From positions 2,332 to 66,331 of the forward strand of contig JBDRVQ010000004.1 in assembly GCA_039801905.1 (NCBI GenBank): a DNA stretch of 64,000 bases. Direction: 5' to 3'. The notes under the pieces were generated by a model that was not told the DNA's origin, did no database searches, and saw nothing but the letters and a program-made list of their open reading frames with translations. Below are positions 37,157-46,343 of the stretch, piece after piece. Numbering within the stretch: position 1 is the first letter of the stretch; every line of letters starts with the position of its first letter. Position numbers and translations under genes: made by a program. The DNA is from a candidate division WOR-3 bacterium (GTDB taxonomy: Bacteria; Hydrothermota; Tepidihabitantia; Tepidihabitantales; JBDRVQ01).

Positions 37157-38559
37157 AAGGTATGGATACTCTTTCCTAAAATTTTTTCTAAGGTCTCGGA
37201 GATGATTTCGGAAAGGGTGGGATGGGGGTGAATTAAGTTCTCAGTCTCTTCTACCTTTATCTTATTCGATAAGAAAAGGGTAATCTCACTAATTAACTCC
37301 GAGGCAAGAGGGGAGAGGAGAGAGAAGCCTAAGATTTCCCCGGTTTCAGAGAGAACCACCTTGGCGAAACCTTCGGTCCGGCCCAAGGTATAGGCGCGAC
37401 CGATAGCACTTAAAGGAACTCGGTAGACTCTTGGGTTTAACCCTTTTTCTTTTGCCTCCCTTTCCGAAAGACCAACTACCGCCACTTCGGGGTCGGTATA
37501 GATGCAATTGGGAATGAATCGCTTATAATCTTTGGGAAAACTTCTCCTTCCCAAGGCGATAATCTCCGCTAATTTTTTTCCTTCAAACATCGCCTTATGG
37601 GCTAAAAGGGGTGGAGAAGAGCAATCACCAATCGCAAAGACATTCTTTAAGTTGGTCTGAAAATTCTCATCGGTGATGATAAATCCCCGGGCATCTTTTT
37701 CTATACCAACTTTTTCTAAGCCTTCGGTATTCGGCTTTCTGCCGATTGCGACCAGGACCTTTTCCGCCTCAAGGCGCAGTTTTTTCCCTTCCCTATCTTT
37801 TATTAAAAAAAGTTTCTCATCTTCTCTGCCCAAAATCTGAGAGGAGAGATAGAATTTTATCCCTTCTTGCTCTAAGATTTTTTGGAGGCGCTGGGCAATC
37901 TCCTCATCAATTCCGGGGAGGATTTGATTTGTAATCTCAATAACTATCACCTCACTTCCCAATCGGGAATAGATGGTTGCCATCTCCAAGCCAATTGCCC
38001 CGGCGCCAACCACCAAAAGGCTCTTAGGAATCTCTTCGGGCTGGAGAAGGAAGTCGGAATTGACTACGCTTTTGCCATCAAAGGGAATTTCTTTTAAGGC
38101 ACTTGGGAGAGAACCGAGGGCTAAGACGATATTTTGGGCGGAGATTACCTCTTTACTATTTTTTAATCTAACCTTCCCTTCACTAATAATCTCTCCCTCT
38201 TCCCGAATCACCTCACAATTTCTCTTTTTTAAGAGGTATTCAATGCCATTGGTGAGCCGATTCACATTTTTGAAGACCCAGCCTCTCATCATCGGGATAT
38301 CAATTGCCGGCGGGGAGAATTTAATACCCGCAGAATCTAACTCCGCACTCCGTCTTAAAATCTCAGTTAAGTGGAGATAGGCTTTGGTTGGGATACAGCC
38401 TAAATTGAGACAGACGCCACCAATCTTTTCCTTTTCAATCAGGGCGACCTTTTTCCCCAATTGACCGGCACGGAGGGCGCAGGTATAACCCGCTGGTCCA
38501 CTCCCGATAATGAGAATATCAAACATAATGAATATTAACGAGAAATTAAAAAGTTGCAA
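37153..38559 (-). CDS. lpdA: Dihydrolipoyl dehydrogenase
   Basis: FAD motif IIGSGPAGY, redox-active disulfide GGVCLNLGCIPTK, NAD motif VVGAGAIGLE, and the C-terminal HPHPTLSE interface. Confidence 0.85.
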   Translation of the reverse strand: MQLFNFSLIFIMFDILIIGSGPAGYTCALRAGQLGKKVALIEKEKIGGVCLNLGCIPTKAYLHLTEILRRSAELDSAGIKFSPPAIDIPMMRGWVFKNVNRLTNGIEYLLKKRNCEVIREEGEIISEGKVRLKNSKEVISAQNIVLALGSLPSALKEIPFDGKSVVNSDFLLQPEEIPKSLLVVGAGAIGLEMATIYSRLGSEVIVIEITNQILPGIDEEIAQRLQKILEQEGIKFYLSSQILGREDEKLFLIKDREGKKLRLEAEKVLVAIGRKPNTEGLEKVGIEKDARGFIITDENFQTNLKNVFAIGDCSSPPLLAHKAMFEGKKLAEIIALGRRSFPKDYKRFIPNCIYTDPEVAVVGLSEREAKEKGLNPRVYRVPLSAIGRAYTLGRTEGFAKVVLSETGEILGFSLLSPLASELISEITLFLSNKIKVEETENLIHPHPTLSEIISETLEKILGKSIHTL

Positions 38560-38945
38560 GATTATTTTTAAGGCGACATAAAAGTCGCCTATTAAAAGAA
38601 GGGTCTTTCTTTTAAGTTTCGCATTTCCAATAACTTAATTATTTTAGGTTAAATTGAAGTGCACCCCACCACCGCCTCCTTCACCACCCCCCTACCCACT
38701 TCTTATCCGGCATTTTATCCCTAATTTAAGGGGGGATTTTATCTCCAATTAAAGGTCCAATCTCTTCCCCAATTTCTTCCCGGAAAAAAGGGATGGTTTT
38801 ATCCCCAATCTCTTCTCCTGAAAAAGGGAGAAGAAAATCTCTAATTACCTTCCCAATTTCCGGTCTAATTTTGGGCGGGAAAGAATTGGGAGTGAAGTAT
38901 TGAGTTTTTTGGTTTTCCTGCCTCACGTCGAGCGCGTATTAGGTC
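38545..38945 (+). repeat. Copy B of the ~400-bp repeated upstream element
   Basis: GGCGAC-ataaaa-GTCGCC at 38572-38589. TCTCCAATT, CCCCAATTTC, TCTCTAATT and GGTCTAATTTTG boxes. TCTTCTCC-tgaaaaag-GGAGAAGA hairpin. Aligns with copy A. Confidence 0.7.
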
Positions 38946-38947
38946 TC

Positions 38948-38975
38948 TTGACAAAAGACTTTTCTTGGGTATAAT
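38948..38975 (+). promoter_or_regulatory. Sigma70-like promoter: TTGACA, 16-nt spacer, TATAAT, with the ATG 7 nt downstream
   Basis: ttgacaaaagacttttcttgggtataat, then agaagt, then the ATG at 38982. Confidence 0.5.
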
Positions 38976-38981
38976 AGAAGT

Positions 38982-39782
38982 ATGAAAGATAAAGAGATAA
39001 AAGGAGGGGAGATGCTTAAAAAACTATCTTCAATTTTTATATTGCTATTAGTAAATAGCCGATACCTCTTGGCAAATCCTCAACATCCGAGAACCCGGGA
39101 GCAGGTAAAAGTACCTTTTGATGTCAATGAAGTTATTGAGCGGGTTTCCCACAATAAGATGAGGGAAAGGGAGGCTCTGAACGGTGAATTTCTGATTGAT
39201 ACCACTATCGTTTATGGTTCAGCACCGTATGAGCAACGTTCTCCTTCAGTTGCCTTTGATGGCACAAACTATCTTGTGGTTTGGCAAGACACCCGGAGGG
39301 GTGAGTATGACATTTATGGTGCCAGAGTAAATCCGTCTGGAATTGTTATTGATTCGTTTGCGGTATCCGTGCAGACTGGAGACCAATATTCCCCAGCATT
39401 AGCCAGAGGCTTAGGAAATCAAGTTCTCATAACCTATTCCGGTTGGACTGGTGAATATCAAGGTAGAACTTATAACACCTATCGCATCTGGGGCAAGTTC
39501 TATCCATTTATTGGAATTGAACAGGACCGCTATCCGCCTTTATCTGGCCGCTCACCACTAAAAATCTATCCCAATCCGGCAAGTTCCGTTCTCTGTGTCC
39601 ATTGCCCGTTTTCCGTGAAAGGGATAGAAATCTATGATGTTTCCGGAAAGTTAATATCTGTTTACCGCTCTCCGTTCTCCCTTAAAGAAAAAGAGGTCAA
39701 AATCTCACTTAAAGGAATTAAGGACGGGGTCTATTTTATAAAAATTGGTAAAGAGGCTAAAAAGTTAATAGTGAAGAGGTAA
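38982..39782 (+). CDS. Secreted hypothetical protein with a T9SS C-terminal sorting domain
   Basis: Signal peptide LKKLSSIFILLLVNS. C-terminus LKIYPNPASSVLCV...IEIYDVSGKLI...DGVYFIKIGKEAKKLIVKR. Confidence 0.5.
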   Translation: MKDKEIKGGEMLKKLSSIFILLLVNSRYLLANPQHPRTREQVKVPFDVNEVIERVSHNKMREREALNGEFLIDTTIVYGSAPYEQRSPSVAFDGTNYLVVWQDTRRGEYDIYGARVNPSGIVIDSFAVSVQTGDQYSPALARGLGNQVLITYSGWTGEYQGRTYNTYRIWGKFYPFIGIEQDRYPPLSGRSPLKIYPNPASSVLCVHCPFSVKGIEIYDVSGKLISVYRSPFSLKEKEVKISLKGIKDGVYFIKIGKEAKKLIVKR

Positions 39783-39972
39783 TAGAGGCAGCTAATCTCT
39801 CTTTTTTCTGCTTTCCTTATTAAAGACTCAAAGGTGAGGTTACTCTTTCTTGACTATTTCTCCATTCGGAACCGACCCATCCTGGTGAGCGGCGTAAGCA
39901 CTTCCGATGTTTATTTTGTCGCTGTGGGAGAGGGATAAAGAGAAAATAAGGATTTGCTTTTTGATGTTCTCT

Positions 39973-39999
39973 TGACAAGAAGAAAAAAAGGTTTAAGAT
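39973..39999 (+). promoter_or_regulatory. Sigma70-like promoter: TTGACA, 15-nt spacer, TAAGAT, with the ATG 6 nt downstream
   Basis: ttgacaagaagaaaaaaaggtttaagat, then aagtt, then the ATG at 40005. Confidence 0.35.
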
Positions 40000-40004
40000 A
40001 AGTT

Positions 40005-41699
40005 ATGGAGGTGTGTATGCGGCGGCATTTCATTTCATTTCTTTTTTTCTCTCTGCTCTTTGCTTACCGCTACGCGGTGGTGGTAAGTGAGGCAACTTAT
40101 AATCTGCCGGAATGGCGAATGGTGGTTGATTCTCTCGCAAATAAACATTCCGCAGCGGTATTCCGTTGGACTTCCAGTCCCCGGGATCTCTTACCCCAAC
40201 TTGTTTCTTATTTTCCCGATTATGTTGCCTTTGTCGCCCGCCCAGTAAGTGAGGTGAATGCCAATTTCGTCCGGACTTGTCATCAGATGACCAGGGAGTT
40301 TGATTCCGACCCTTATGGGGATGCGGTTTGGGGGATAATCACTGGTTATACTGCGGATGATGCCTTAAGGGTCATCCGGTTTGACAGTCTCCTGATAAGA
40401 ACCTTTCTCGGAGGGACAAATTGCACCTGGGGTGACTGGCTTGAGAAGGGAATCGCTACTTATGAGGCGGAATATAACCGAATTCGGTTCCATTTTCCGG
40501 ACCGGAGAATTCTTGACACCATCTGGCCGGAGAGATGTCCTACTGATAGATGTACCCTTTTGGTCAATTATTTGAATTCCGGATTTAACGACTCGGTTCC
40601 GGGTAGGCCCAGGATTTCCGGACCGGTTGATATATTCGTCACCAGTGGCCATGCCGACCAACATACCTGGCAACTCCATTATCCATCTTCTGGTTCGGAG
40701 GGTTTTTTCCGTTCTTCTCTTGGTCAATTGCGCGGTGACCCTTACAGTGGCAGTTCCCGCAATGTCAATTCTTCTAATCCGAAAATTTACTTTCCGGTGG
40801 GAAATTGTCTGATGGGCGATGTCTCGGATATGGACTGTATGGTCTTAGCCTGGTTCCATTCCGCCGGGGCGATTCAGATGACCGGTTATATTGTGACGAC
40901 CTGGTATGGTTATATGCTCTGGGGACTCCCGGCTTATTTCCATTTGCTCCAAAATCGCCATAATTATGCTCAGGCTTTCTATCTCAATAATCAGGCGTTA
41001 ATCTTTGACCGGATTAATAATACTCCCGGAACCAATCCCTCTGGTCTAGACTATGATAAGGATAATGTGGCTTTTTATGGGGACCCAGCCTGTCAGGTAA
41101 AAATCTATCCGGTGCGTGAACCTTGGTATTCGGAATCAATTGCGGTGCGACCCGGAGAAAGGGTGGATACCTTTTTGGTTAAAATCCGAGCCAACTACGA
41201 CTCTTCTGCCTTGGGTTTCAGTGGAGTATCGGGAAATCGCCATCCGATTGTCTTCTTACCGGTGAGGGTGGAAAGTGTTTATGTGGAAACGACCGATGCC
41301 CACCAGGTAGTGATTACGGATAATTTTGTCCTTCTTTATGTCTGGTATCAGGGGCAGAGGAGATTTTTGCGGGGCGAAGAGAGGTTTGTCCGATTCACCG
41401 CTAAGCCGATTCCTGTTGCCTTAGCCGAGAGAAGGGATGAGGGGAAGGTTTTCTGGATCACCTCAGGAAAATTCCTTTTTGGTGAAGAGCCGAAACTCTC
41501 TTTTCTTTTAGCCAAAGATGGGGTTTACCATCTGGCGGTTTATAACCAAGAGGGGAGACTCCTTTGGCAGAAAAGGGAAAAGAAGAGAAGGGGTCTTTAT
41601 TCCCTTTCCCTGCCTGAGGGATTAAAATCCGGTGTCTACTTCTTAATCGGGAGGTTTGGTAAGGAAGTGATAAGAGAGAAGTTTCTCCGGCTGCGATGA
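40005..41699 (+). CDS. Secreted protein with a T9SS CTD; possible clan CD-like cysteine peptidase
   Basis: Signal peptide. Possible His and Cys motifs (DIFVTSGHADQH and PVGNCLMGD). C-terminus LKSGVYFLIGRFGKEVIREKFLRLR. The peptidase assignment is weak. Confidence 0.45.
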   Translation: MEVCMRRHFISFLFFSLLFAYRYAVVVSEATYNLPEWRMVVDSLANKHSAAVFRWTSSPRDLLPQLVSYFPDYVAFVARPVSEVNANFVRTCHQMTREFDSDPYGDAVWGIITGYTADDALRVIRFDSLLIRTFLGGTNCTWGDWLEKGIATYEAEYNRIRFHFPDRRILDTIWPERCPTDRCTLLVNYLNSGFNDSVPGRPRISGPVDIFVTSGHADQHTWQLHYPSSGSEGFFRSSLGQLRGDPYSGSSRNVNSSNPKIYFPVGNCLMGDVSDMDCMVLAWFHSAGAIQMTGYIVTTWYGYMLWGLPAYFHLLQNRHNYAQAFYLNNQALIFDRINNTPGTNPSGLDYDKDNVAFYGDPACQVKIYPVREPWYSESIAVRPGERVDTFLVKIRANYDSSALGFSGVSGNRHPIVFLPVRVESVYVETTDAHQVVITDNFVLLYVWYQGQRRFLRGEERFVRFTAKPIPVALAERRDEGKVFWITSGKFLFGEEPKLSFLLAKDGVYHLAVYNQEGRLLWQKREKKRRGLYSLSLPEGLKSGVYFLIGRFGKEVIREKFLRLR

Positions 41700-43633
41700 A
41701 AGAGAAATCTTTTCTTTTAGGGAGTTTCATTTTTATCTCTCTTCTTTTTGCCGCGGATTGGGAACTGATTGATTCGGTTAAGTTGCGGACAATCATTCCC
41801 CCAAAGAAAGGCTTTTATATCGTTTTTGACGACCCGATTGAGAGCCTTCTTGTCTATCTTCCTTATGATTCCTTAACCCCTCGGGCAAAGGAGGCGGTGG
41901 CAAGGTCTCCTTCCTGGTTGAAAAGTGATTTGGCGGATAACCTCCGGCGTCTCAGCCCGGAGCGGCAGGATCTTTATGCCAATCTCATTCTTTCGGCTTC
42001 CTCTCCCTTTGTTGACGAGATTTCCTTTCAGGTTGCCCATATCCCTTTTTCTATCTTAGGTTCTGACAATTTCTATCCCCAACTTTTAATTGAGAATGTA
42101 ACCGACCTTTATAAGATTGATTCCCTCTTAGATTACGCCGAGATTTTAGACTATGGGGTTCCGGGTCTGGATACCGATTACTATTCCACAATTCGTTATC
42201 GGATAAGAAACGAATCCGGTGATACGATAGAAGTTATTCAACCAAAGGAGATTTACTATTGGTATATTTTACACCCCAAAATTTCCCGCGAGTTTTCAAC
42301 ATATGTTGATTCTCTAACCGGTGAACCATTACCCCCTCCCCGGGGTAAATTCTGGCGGAACTATCTTTTTTATCATAGTGATCCGGGTTATCCAATCTTA
42401 AAGGACTATCTCTTAGGAATTAGAACCCTTTGGAATTCTTTGAGGAATGATACCGCCAATAACGGGGCGATTGGGGCGATAAATAATTGGCTGAGGCGGG
42501 TGATGGAGTTCCGGAGTCCCCAGCGCCGAACTTATCAGCCGGTGCAAATCTATACCCAACACCACGGGACTTGCACCGAATGGGGAATCTTGACCCCAGC
42601 CGTTGCCCGCGCCGGTTTAATCCCTTGTGTTCAGACCCGAGCCTACGGCAATAATCACTGCTGGAATGAGTTCTACGAAAGGCGCTGGGTGCAGTGGGAA
42701 CCGGTGAATAAGATGATCAATGATACAACGAGATACGATCCGGCGTGGTGGAATTTGGCAGTCGCTAATAACTGGCGGGGTGATGGTTTTTGGTGGACGG
42801 TGAGTGAAAGATATACCCCTCATTGCACATTGACGGTAAAGGTTTTGGACCGGGATAGTTCTCCGGTTGACGGCGCCCGGGTTCTGATTGCTGGTGGTCC
42901 CCAGCCGGTGAATTGGTTCTGTGCCTTTGCTTATACCAACCAAAATGGGGAAGTGAGATTCACCCTTGGTGACACCAATAGTTATGATTGTGCGATTGAG
43001 AGTGAATTGGGTAATATCTCCTTTACCCGGGTGATTAATCAGGCAAGAGCGAATACCCATTACCAAATAGTTTTTAACCTTTCTGGTTCAATGCCCCACT
43101 TAAACCTCACTTCCGATACCTTGCCCCAGAATCCACTCAACCGCTACCGGGTGGAGATTTCTCTTCGGGTGGAGAACGAGATAATTTTTGGTTTTCATCC
43201 GGATGATAATTCTTTCTTTGCCCAGAGAGGCGAATTGGGTAATGTTCACTTTTTTATCGCTGATTCTTCAAACTTCTTTCGCTATTTAAGGGGTGAAAAT
43301 TTCCGAGCATTTCTCATTTCCGAGGGCATCAGGCAACTTGATACCTCTTTTATCTTTCCTACTGACCAACCTTATTATTTAATCTTCGCTAATGACGAGC
43401 GGATTGGCAATGGTGTTGCCTTAACGCTCACGGTGCGATTATACCGAGTAGTAAGCGGCGCGGAAGAGAGAAAGGAGAGTTCTATTCCTCCTCACTTCCC
43501 ATTTTCCTTAAGGAAAGGTTTAAAGGTTTTTAATATTTTGGGGAAGCGGGTCAAGAATCCCGAAGAAATCCGGACCGGGATTTATTTTATATTAGAGAAA
43601 GGGGGAAGGTGGAAAAAGATAATTTTGCGCTGA
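41696..43633 (+). CDS. Secreted transglutaminase-like domain protein with a T9SS CTD
   Basis: The Cys-His core GTCTEWGILTPAVARAGLIPCVQTRAYGNNHCWNEFY fits the transglutaminase-like superfamily. C-terminus ...TGIYFILEKGGRWKKIILR. The start overlaps the upstream stop (ATGA). Confidence 0.55.
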   Translation: MKEKSFLLGSFIFISLLFAADWELIDSVKLRTIIPPKKGFYIVFDDPIESLLVYLPYDSLTPRAKEAVARSPSWLKSDLADNLRRLSPERQDLYANLILSASSPFVDEISFQVAHIPFSILGSDNFYPQLLIENVTDLYKIDSLLDYAEILDYGVPGLDTDYYSTIRYRIRNESGDTIEVIQPKEIYYWYILHPKISREFSTYVDSLTGEPLPPPRGKFWRNYLFYHSDPGYPILKDYLLGIRTLWNSLRNDTANNGAIGAINNWLRRVMEFRSPQRRTYQPVQIYTQHHGTCTEWGILTPAVARAGLIPCVQTRAYGNNHCWNEFYERRWVQWEPVNKMINDTTRYDPAWWNLAVANNWRGDGFWWTVSERYTPHCTLTVKVLDRDSSPVDGARVLIAGGPQPVNWFCAFAYTNQNGEVRFTLGDTNSYDCAIESELGNISFTRVINQARANTHYQIVFNLSGSMPHLNLTSDTLPQNPLNRYRVEISLRVENEIIFGFHPDDNSFFAQRGELGNVHFFIADSSNFFRYLRGENFRAFLISEGIRQLDTSFIFPTDQPYYLIFANDERIGNGVALTLTVRLYRVVSGAEERKESSIPPHFPFSLRKGLKVFNILGKRVKNPEEIRTGIYFILEKGGRWKKIILR

Positions 43634-43641
43634 ATAAAGAA

Positions 43642-45153
43642 CTATTTCCCTTCCAAAATGGCTAAGGGTAAGAGCATCTCTTCTAAGGAGATGCCGCCGT
43701 GCTGGTAGGTTGCCTTATAGGTCTTTTCGTATTCGGTCGGTTTGGTGGGGTAGATGAAGTAAAAGTCGGATTTGGCAATGGCAATTTTCACATCCGGTGC
43801 CTCCTTGGGTAGTTTTAATTTCTCCGGGGGAAAGAGGAAGGCATTCCGACTCTCAATTCTCAATGCCGAACCGTATTTGTAGCGGAGGTTAGGAGAGATT
43901 TCCATCCCGCCGTAAATGACCGTTGGCCTTTTCACTTTGATGAAGCCGTGGTCCGAGGTGATGACCACTCGGCAGTCGCGCCTTGAGAGTTCTTTTAGGA
44001 ATTGATAAAATGGGGAGGATAAAAACCAGGTCCTTGTTAATTGGAGGAGGCTAAATTCGTTCTCTAAGATTTCATCCAAGATTTTACCGGAATGGGCGGA
44101 GTGGATGAGAAAGTCAAGGAAGTTGATAATGATACAAGCAAACCTTAAATCCTTCCGCAGAAGCATCCCCCGGTTTTCTTCCAAATCACTACTCTTTAAG
44201 GCTTTGAGGTAACACCAATTGCCCCCAACCCTTTCCCTTTCTAATAGTTTTTGGAGGAGTTCCTTTTCGTAGCGGTTCTGACCGGTATCATCAAATACCC
44301 AATAGTGAGGATACTTCTCGTAGATGGTTAAGGGTAAAAGGCCCGAGAGTAAGGCGTTACGGGAATAGGGGGTAGCGGAGGGTAAAAGGGAGAGGTAGTA
44401 AAACTGGCGGAGGTTAAAGTCTTCCCGCAAGAGAGGAACTAAGAGTTGCCATTGGTCAAGGCGCATAGAATCAAAGATGAAGAAATAAAGGGGTTTATCT
44501 TTTAAGTTGGGTAAGAGGAAATGGTGGAAGACCTGATGGGAGATAACCGGTGGGTCTTCCTTTCCTTCCAGCCAGAGGGGATAGGTTTCTGAGATGAATT
44601 CACCAAAACTTTCATCCGCTTTCCGGATGAGGTCATTTATGGTCTCCTTCAAGCCTTCTTCCCCAAATCTTTCCAAGAGGAATCGCCACTGGATGAGATT
44701 GAGATAATAGTCAAGCCATCCGGTAAAATCTTTTGGTTCCCTCTCTTCTCTCAGGAATTGGAGATAATCCCTTTGCAGCCTTTCGCTAAAAATCTCTTTC
44801 TTCTCCAAGAGCCTTTTCAGTAAGGAAACAATTTGGGTCGGGGAGAAGGGCTTGACAATAAAATCGTCAACCAGTTTGGCATAAGCCTCTTCCATCAGTT
44901 CCTCTTCGCTCCGCTTTGTCACCATCACGACGAAGATGGAAGGGTCAAAGTTTTTAATCTCAGAAACAACTCTTATCCCATCCATCCCCGGCATCATCTG
45001 GTCAACTAAAATTAGGTCGTAACTATTCTCTTTTGCTAACCTTAACCCATCCGGACCATTGGCGGCGGTATCAACCGCATAACCCTTTTCTCTTAAAAGA
45101 TAGATATAGGGTCTTAAGGTTTCAATCTCGTCATCAATCCAAAGAATTCTCAT
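43642..45153 (-). CDS. porX: PorX-like response regulator: CheY-like receiver plus PglZ (alkaline-phosphatase-like) domain
   Basis: Receiver MRILWIDDEIETLRPYIYLL...LILVDQMMPGMDG...VVMVTKRSEEELMEEA...VKPFSPTQI. C-terminal PglZ motifs (ITSDHGF, TYQHGGISLEE). Confidence 0.75.
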   Translation of the reverse strand: MRILWIDDEIETLRPYIYLLREKGYAVDTAANGPDGLRLAKENSYDLILVDQMMPGMDGIRVVSEIKNFDPSIFVVMVTKRSEEELMEEAYAKLVDDFIVKPFSPTQIVSLLKRLLEKKEIFSERLQRDYLQFLREEREPKDFTGWLDYYLNLIQWRFLLERFGEEGLKETINDLIRKADESFGEFISETYPLWLEGKEDPPVISHQVFHHFLLPNLKDKPLYFFIFDSMRLDQWQLLVPLLREDFNLRQFYYLSLLPSATPYSRNALLSGLLPLTIYEKYPHYWVFDDTGQNRYEKELLQKLLERERVGGNWCYLKALKSSDLEENRGMLLRKDLRFACIIINFLDFLIHSAHSGKILDEILENEFSLLQLTRTWFLSSPFYQFLKELSRRDCRVVITSDHGFIKVKRPTVIYGGMEISPNLRYKYGSALRIESRNAFLFPPEKLKLPKEAPDVKIAIAKSDFYFIYPTKPTEYEKTYKATYQHGGISLEEMLLPLAILEGK

Positions 45154-46340
45154 TTCGGAAGGGGCAAAAGGATTGAGAAGGTTGTTTTCCCTTTTTTGCT
45201 TTCTATCAGTGATAATTTCCCTTTGTGATACTCTTCAATAATTCTCTTTGCTAAGGCGAGCCCAATCCCCCAGCCGTGTCTTTTTGTGGTCACACCCGGC
45301 TTAAAGATATCTTTTATCTTCTCCCTCGGGATGCCTTCCCCGGTATCCGTGACCAGAATTTGATAATAGGAGAGGTTATCTGCCTTTTGGCCCGTAAGGA
45401 TGATTGTGCCCACTTCCTGACCGATGGCATCAATACTATTCTTTAAGATATTTTCTAAACTCCAGGAGAGGAGGATTTCGTCTAAGGGAAGGGTGGCGTC
45501 TTCTTTTATTTCAAGGGTCATTTTGATATTCTGGGGGGCGCGTTTCTGTAAGAAAAAGAAGGCGGATTCAATCACTCCCTTGATGGAAGTGGGAGATAAC
45601 TTTGGTGGTTGACCAATCCGGGAGAAGCGCTCTAAGACCTTTTCCATCTTTAAGACATCTTCCGCCATCTCTCTTAAGATTTTCTCTTTGGCGGGTGGGT
45701 TCAATTCTTGAATGGAGCGAAGCGTTTCCAACCAGCCGGCAAAGGAAGAGATGGGGGTCGCTAATTGATGGGCGGACTCTTTAGCCAGAAATGCCCAGAC
45801 CTTTTCCTCTTCCCCCCTTTTGTAAACCAGAATTGACCAGGCACCAATTAAAAGGAAAAAGATGAGGAAACCAATTTGGAGGTAGGGGAAGACGGAGACG
45901 AAACGGGCGGTTTGGGAGACACCGTAATAGATTTCCCCCAATACCTGTTGGTTACCATTCTCATCGGTAAAGGTGAGGAGGATGGGTTTCTTCTCCCGCC
46001 GCAACCTTTCTTTTATCTTTTTTAATTTCTCCGGGTTTAAGTTCTTCCCTAAATTCCGATAGCCAACAATCTCCCCTTTCTCATCGGTGATGATGATGGG
46101 GAAGTCAATCTTTTTAATCACCTCTTCAAAGATAATGTCTAAGGCTGGGGAACTGGTCTCTTCGGTTTCGGTGACCCGGGACATATATTCCGCATAGATG
46201 CGGGAACGCACCTCAGTTTCCTCAGCCAGTTTGCGCAAGAGGAAGGAGGAGAAGAGAAACCAGAAGATGGCTAAAAGGAAGGAACCAAAGATGAAGTAAA
46301 CGATGATAAACTTCTTCCCGAAACGGATTTGATTTTTCAT
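45150..46340 (-). CDS. porY: Sensor histidine kinase (PorY-like), translationally coupled to the RR-PglZ gene
   Basis: Two N-terminal transmembrane helices, H-box HQLATPISSFAGWLETL, and HATPase N and G boxes (ILKNSIDAI, DTGEGIP, GWGIGLALAKRII). The stop overlaps the porX start. Confidence 0.75.
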   Translation of the reverse strand: MKNQIRFGKKFIIVYFIFGSFLLAIFWFLFSSFLLRKLAEETEVRSRIYAEYMSRVTETEETSSPALDIIFEEVIKKIDFPIIITDEKGEIVGYRNLGKNLNPEKLKKIKERLRREKKPILLTFTDENGNQQVLGEIYYGVSQTARFVSVFPYLQIGFLIFFLLIGAWSILVYKRGEEEKVWAFLAKESAHQLATPISSFAGWLETLRSIQELNPPAKEKILREMAEDVLKMEKVLERFSRIGQPPKLSPTSIKGVIESAFFFLQKRAPQNIKMTLEIKEDATLPLDEILLSWSLENILKNSIDAIGQEVGTIILTGQKADNLSYYQILVTDTGEGIPREKIKDIFKPGVTTKRHGWGIGLALAKRIIEEYHKGKLSLIESKKGKTTFSILLPLPK

Positions 46341-46343
46341 ACC

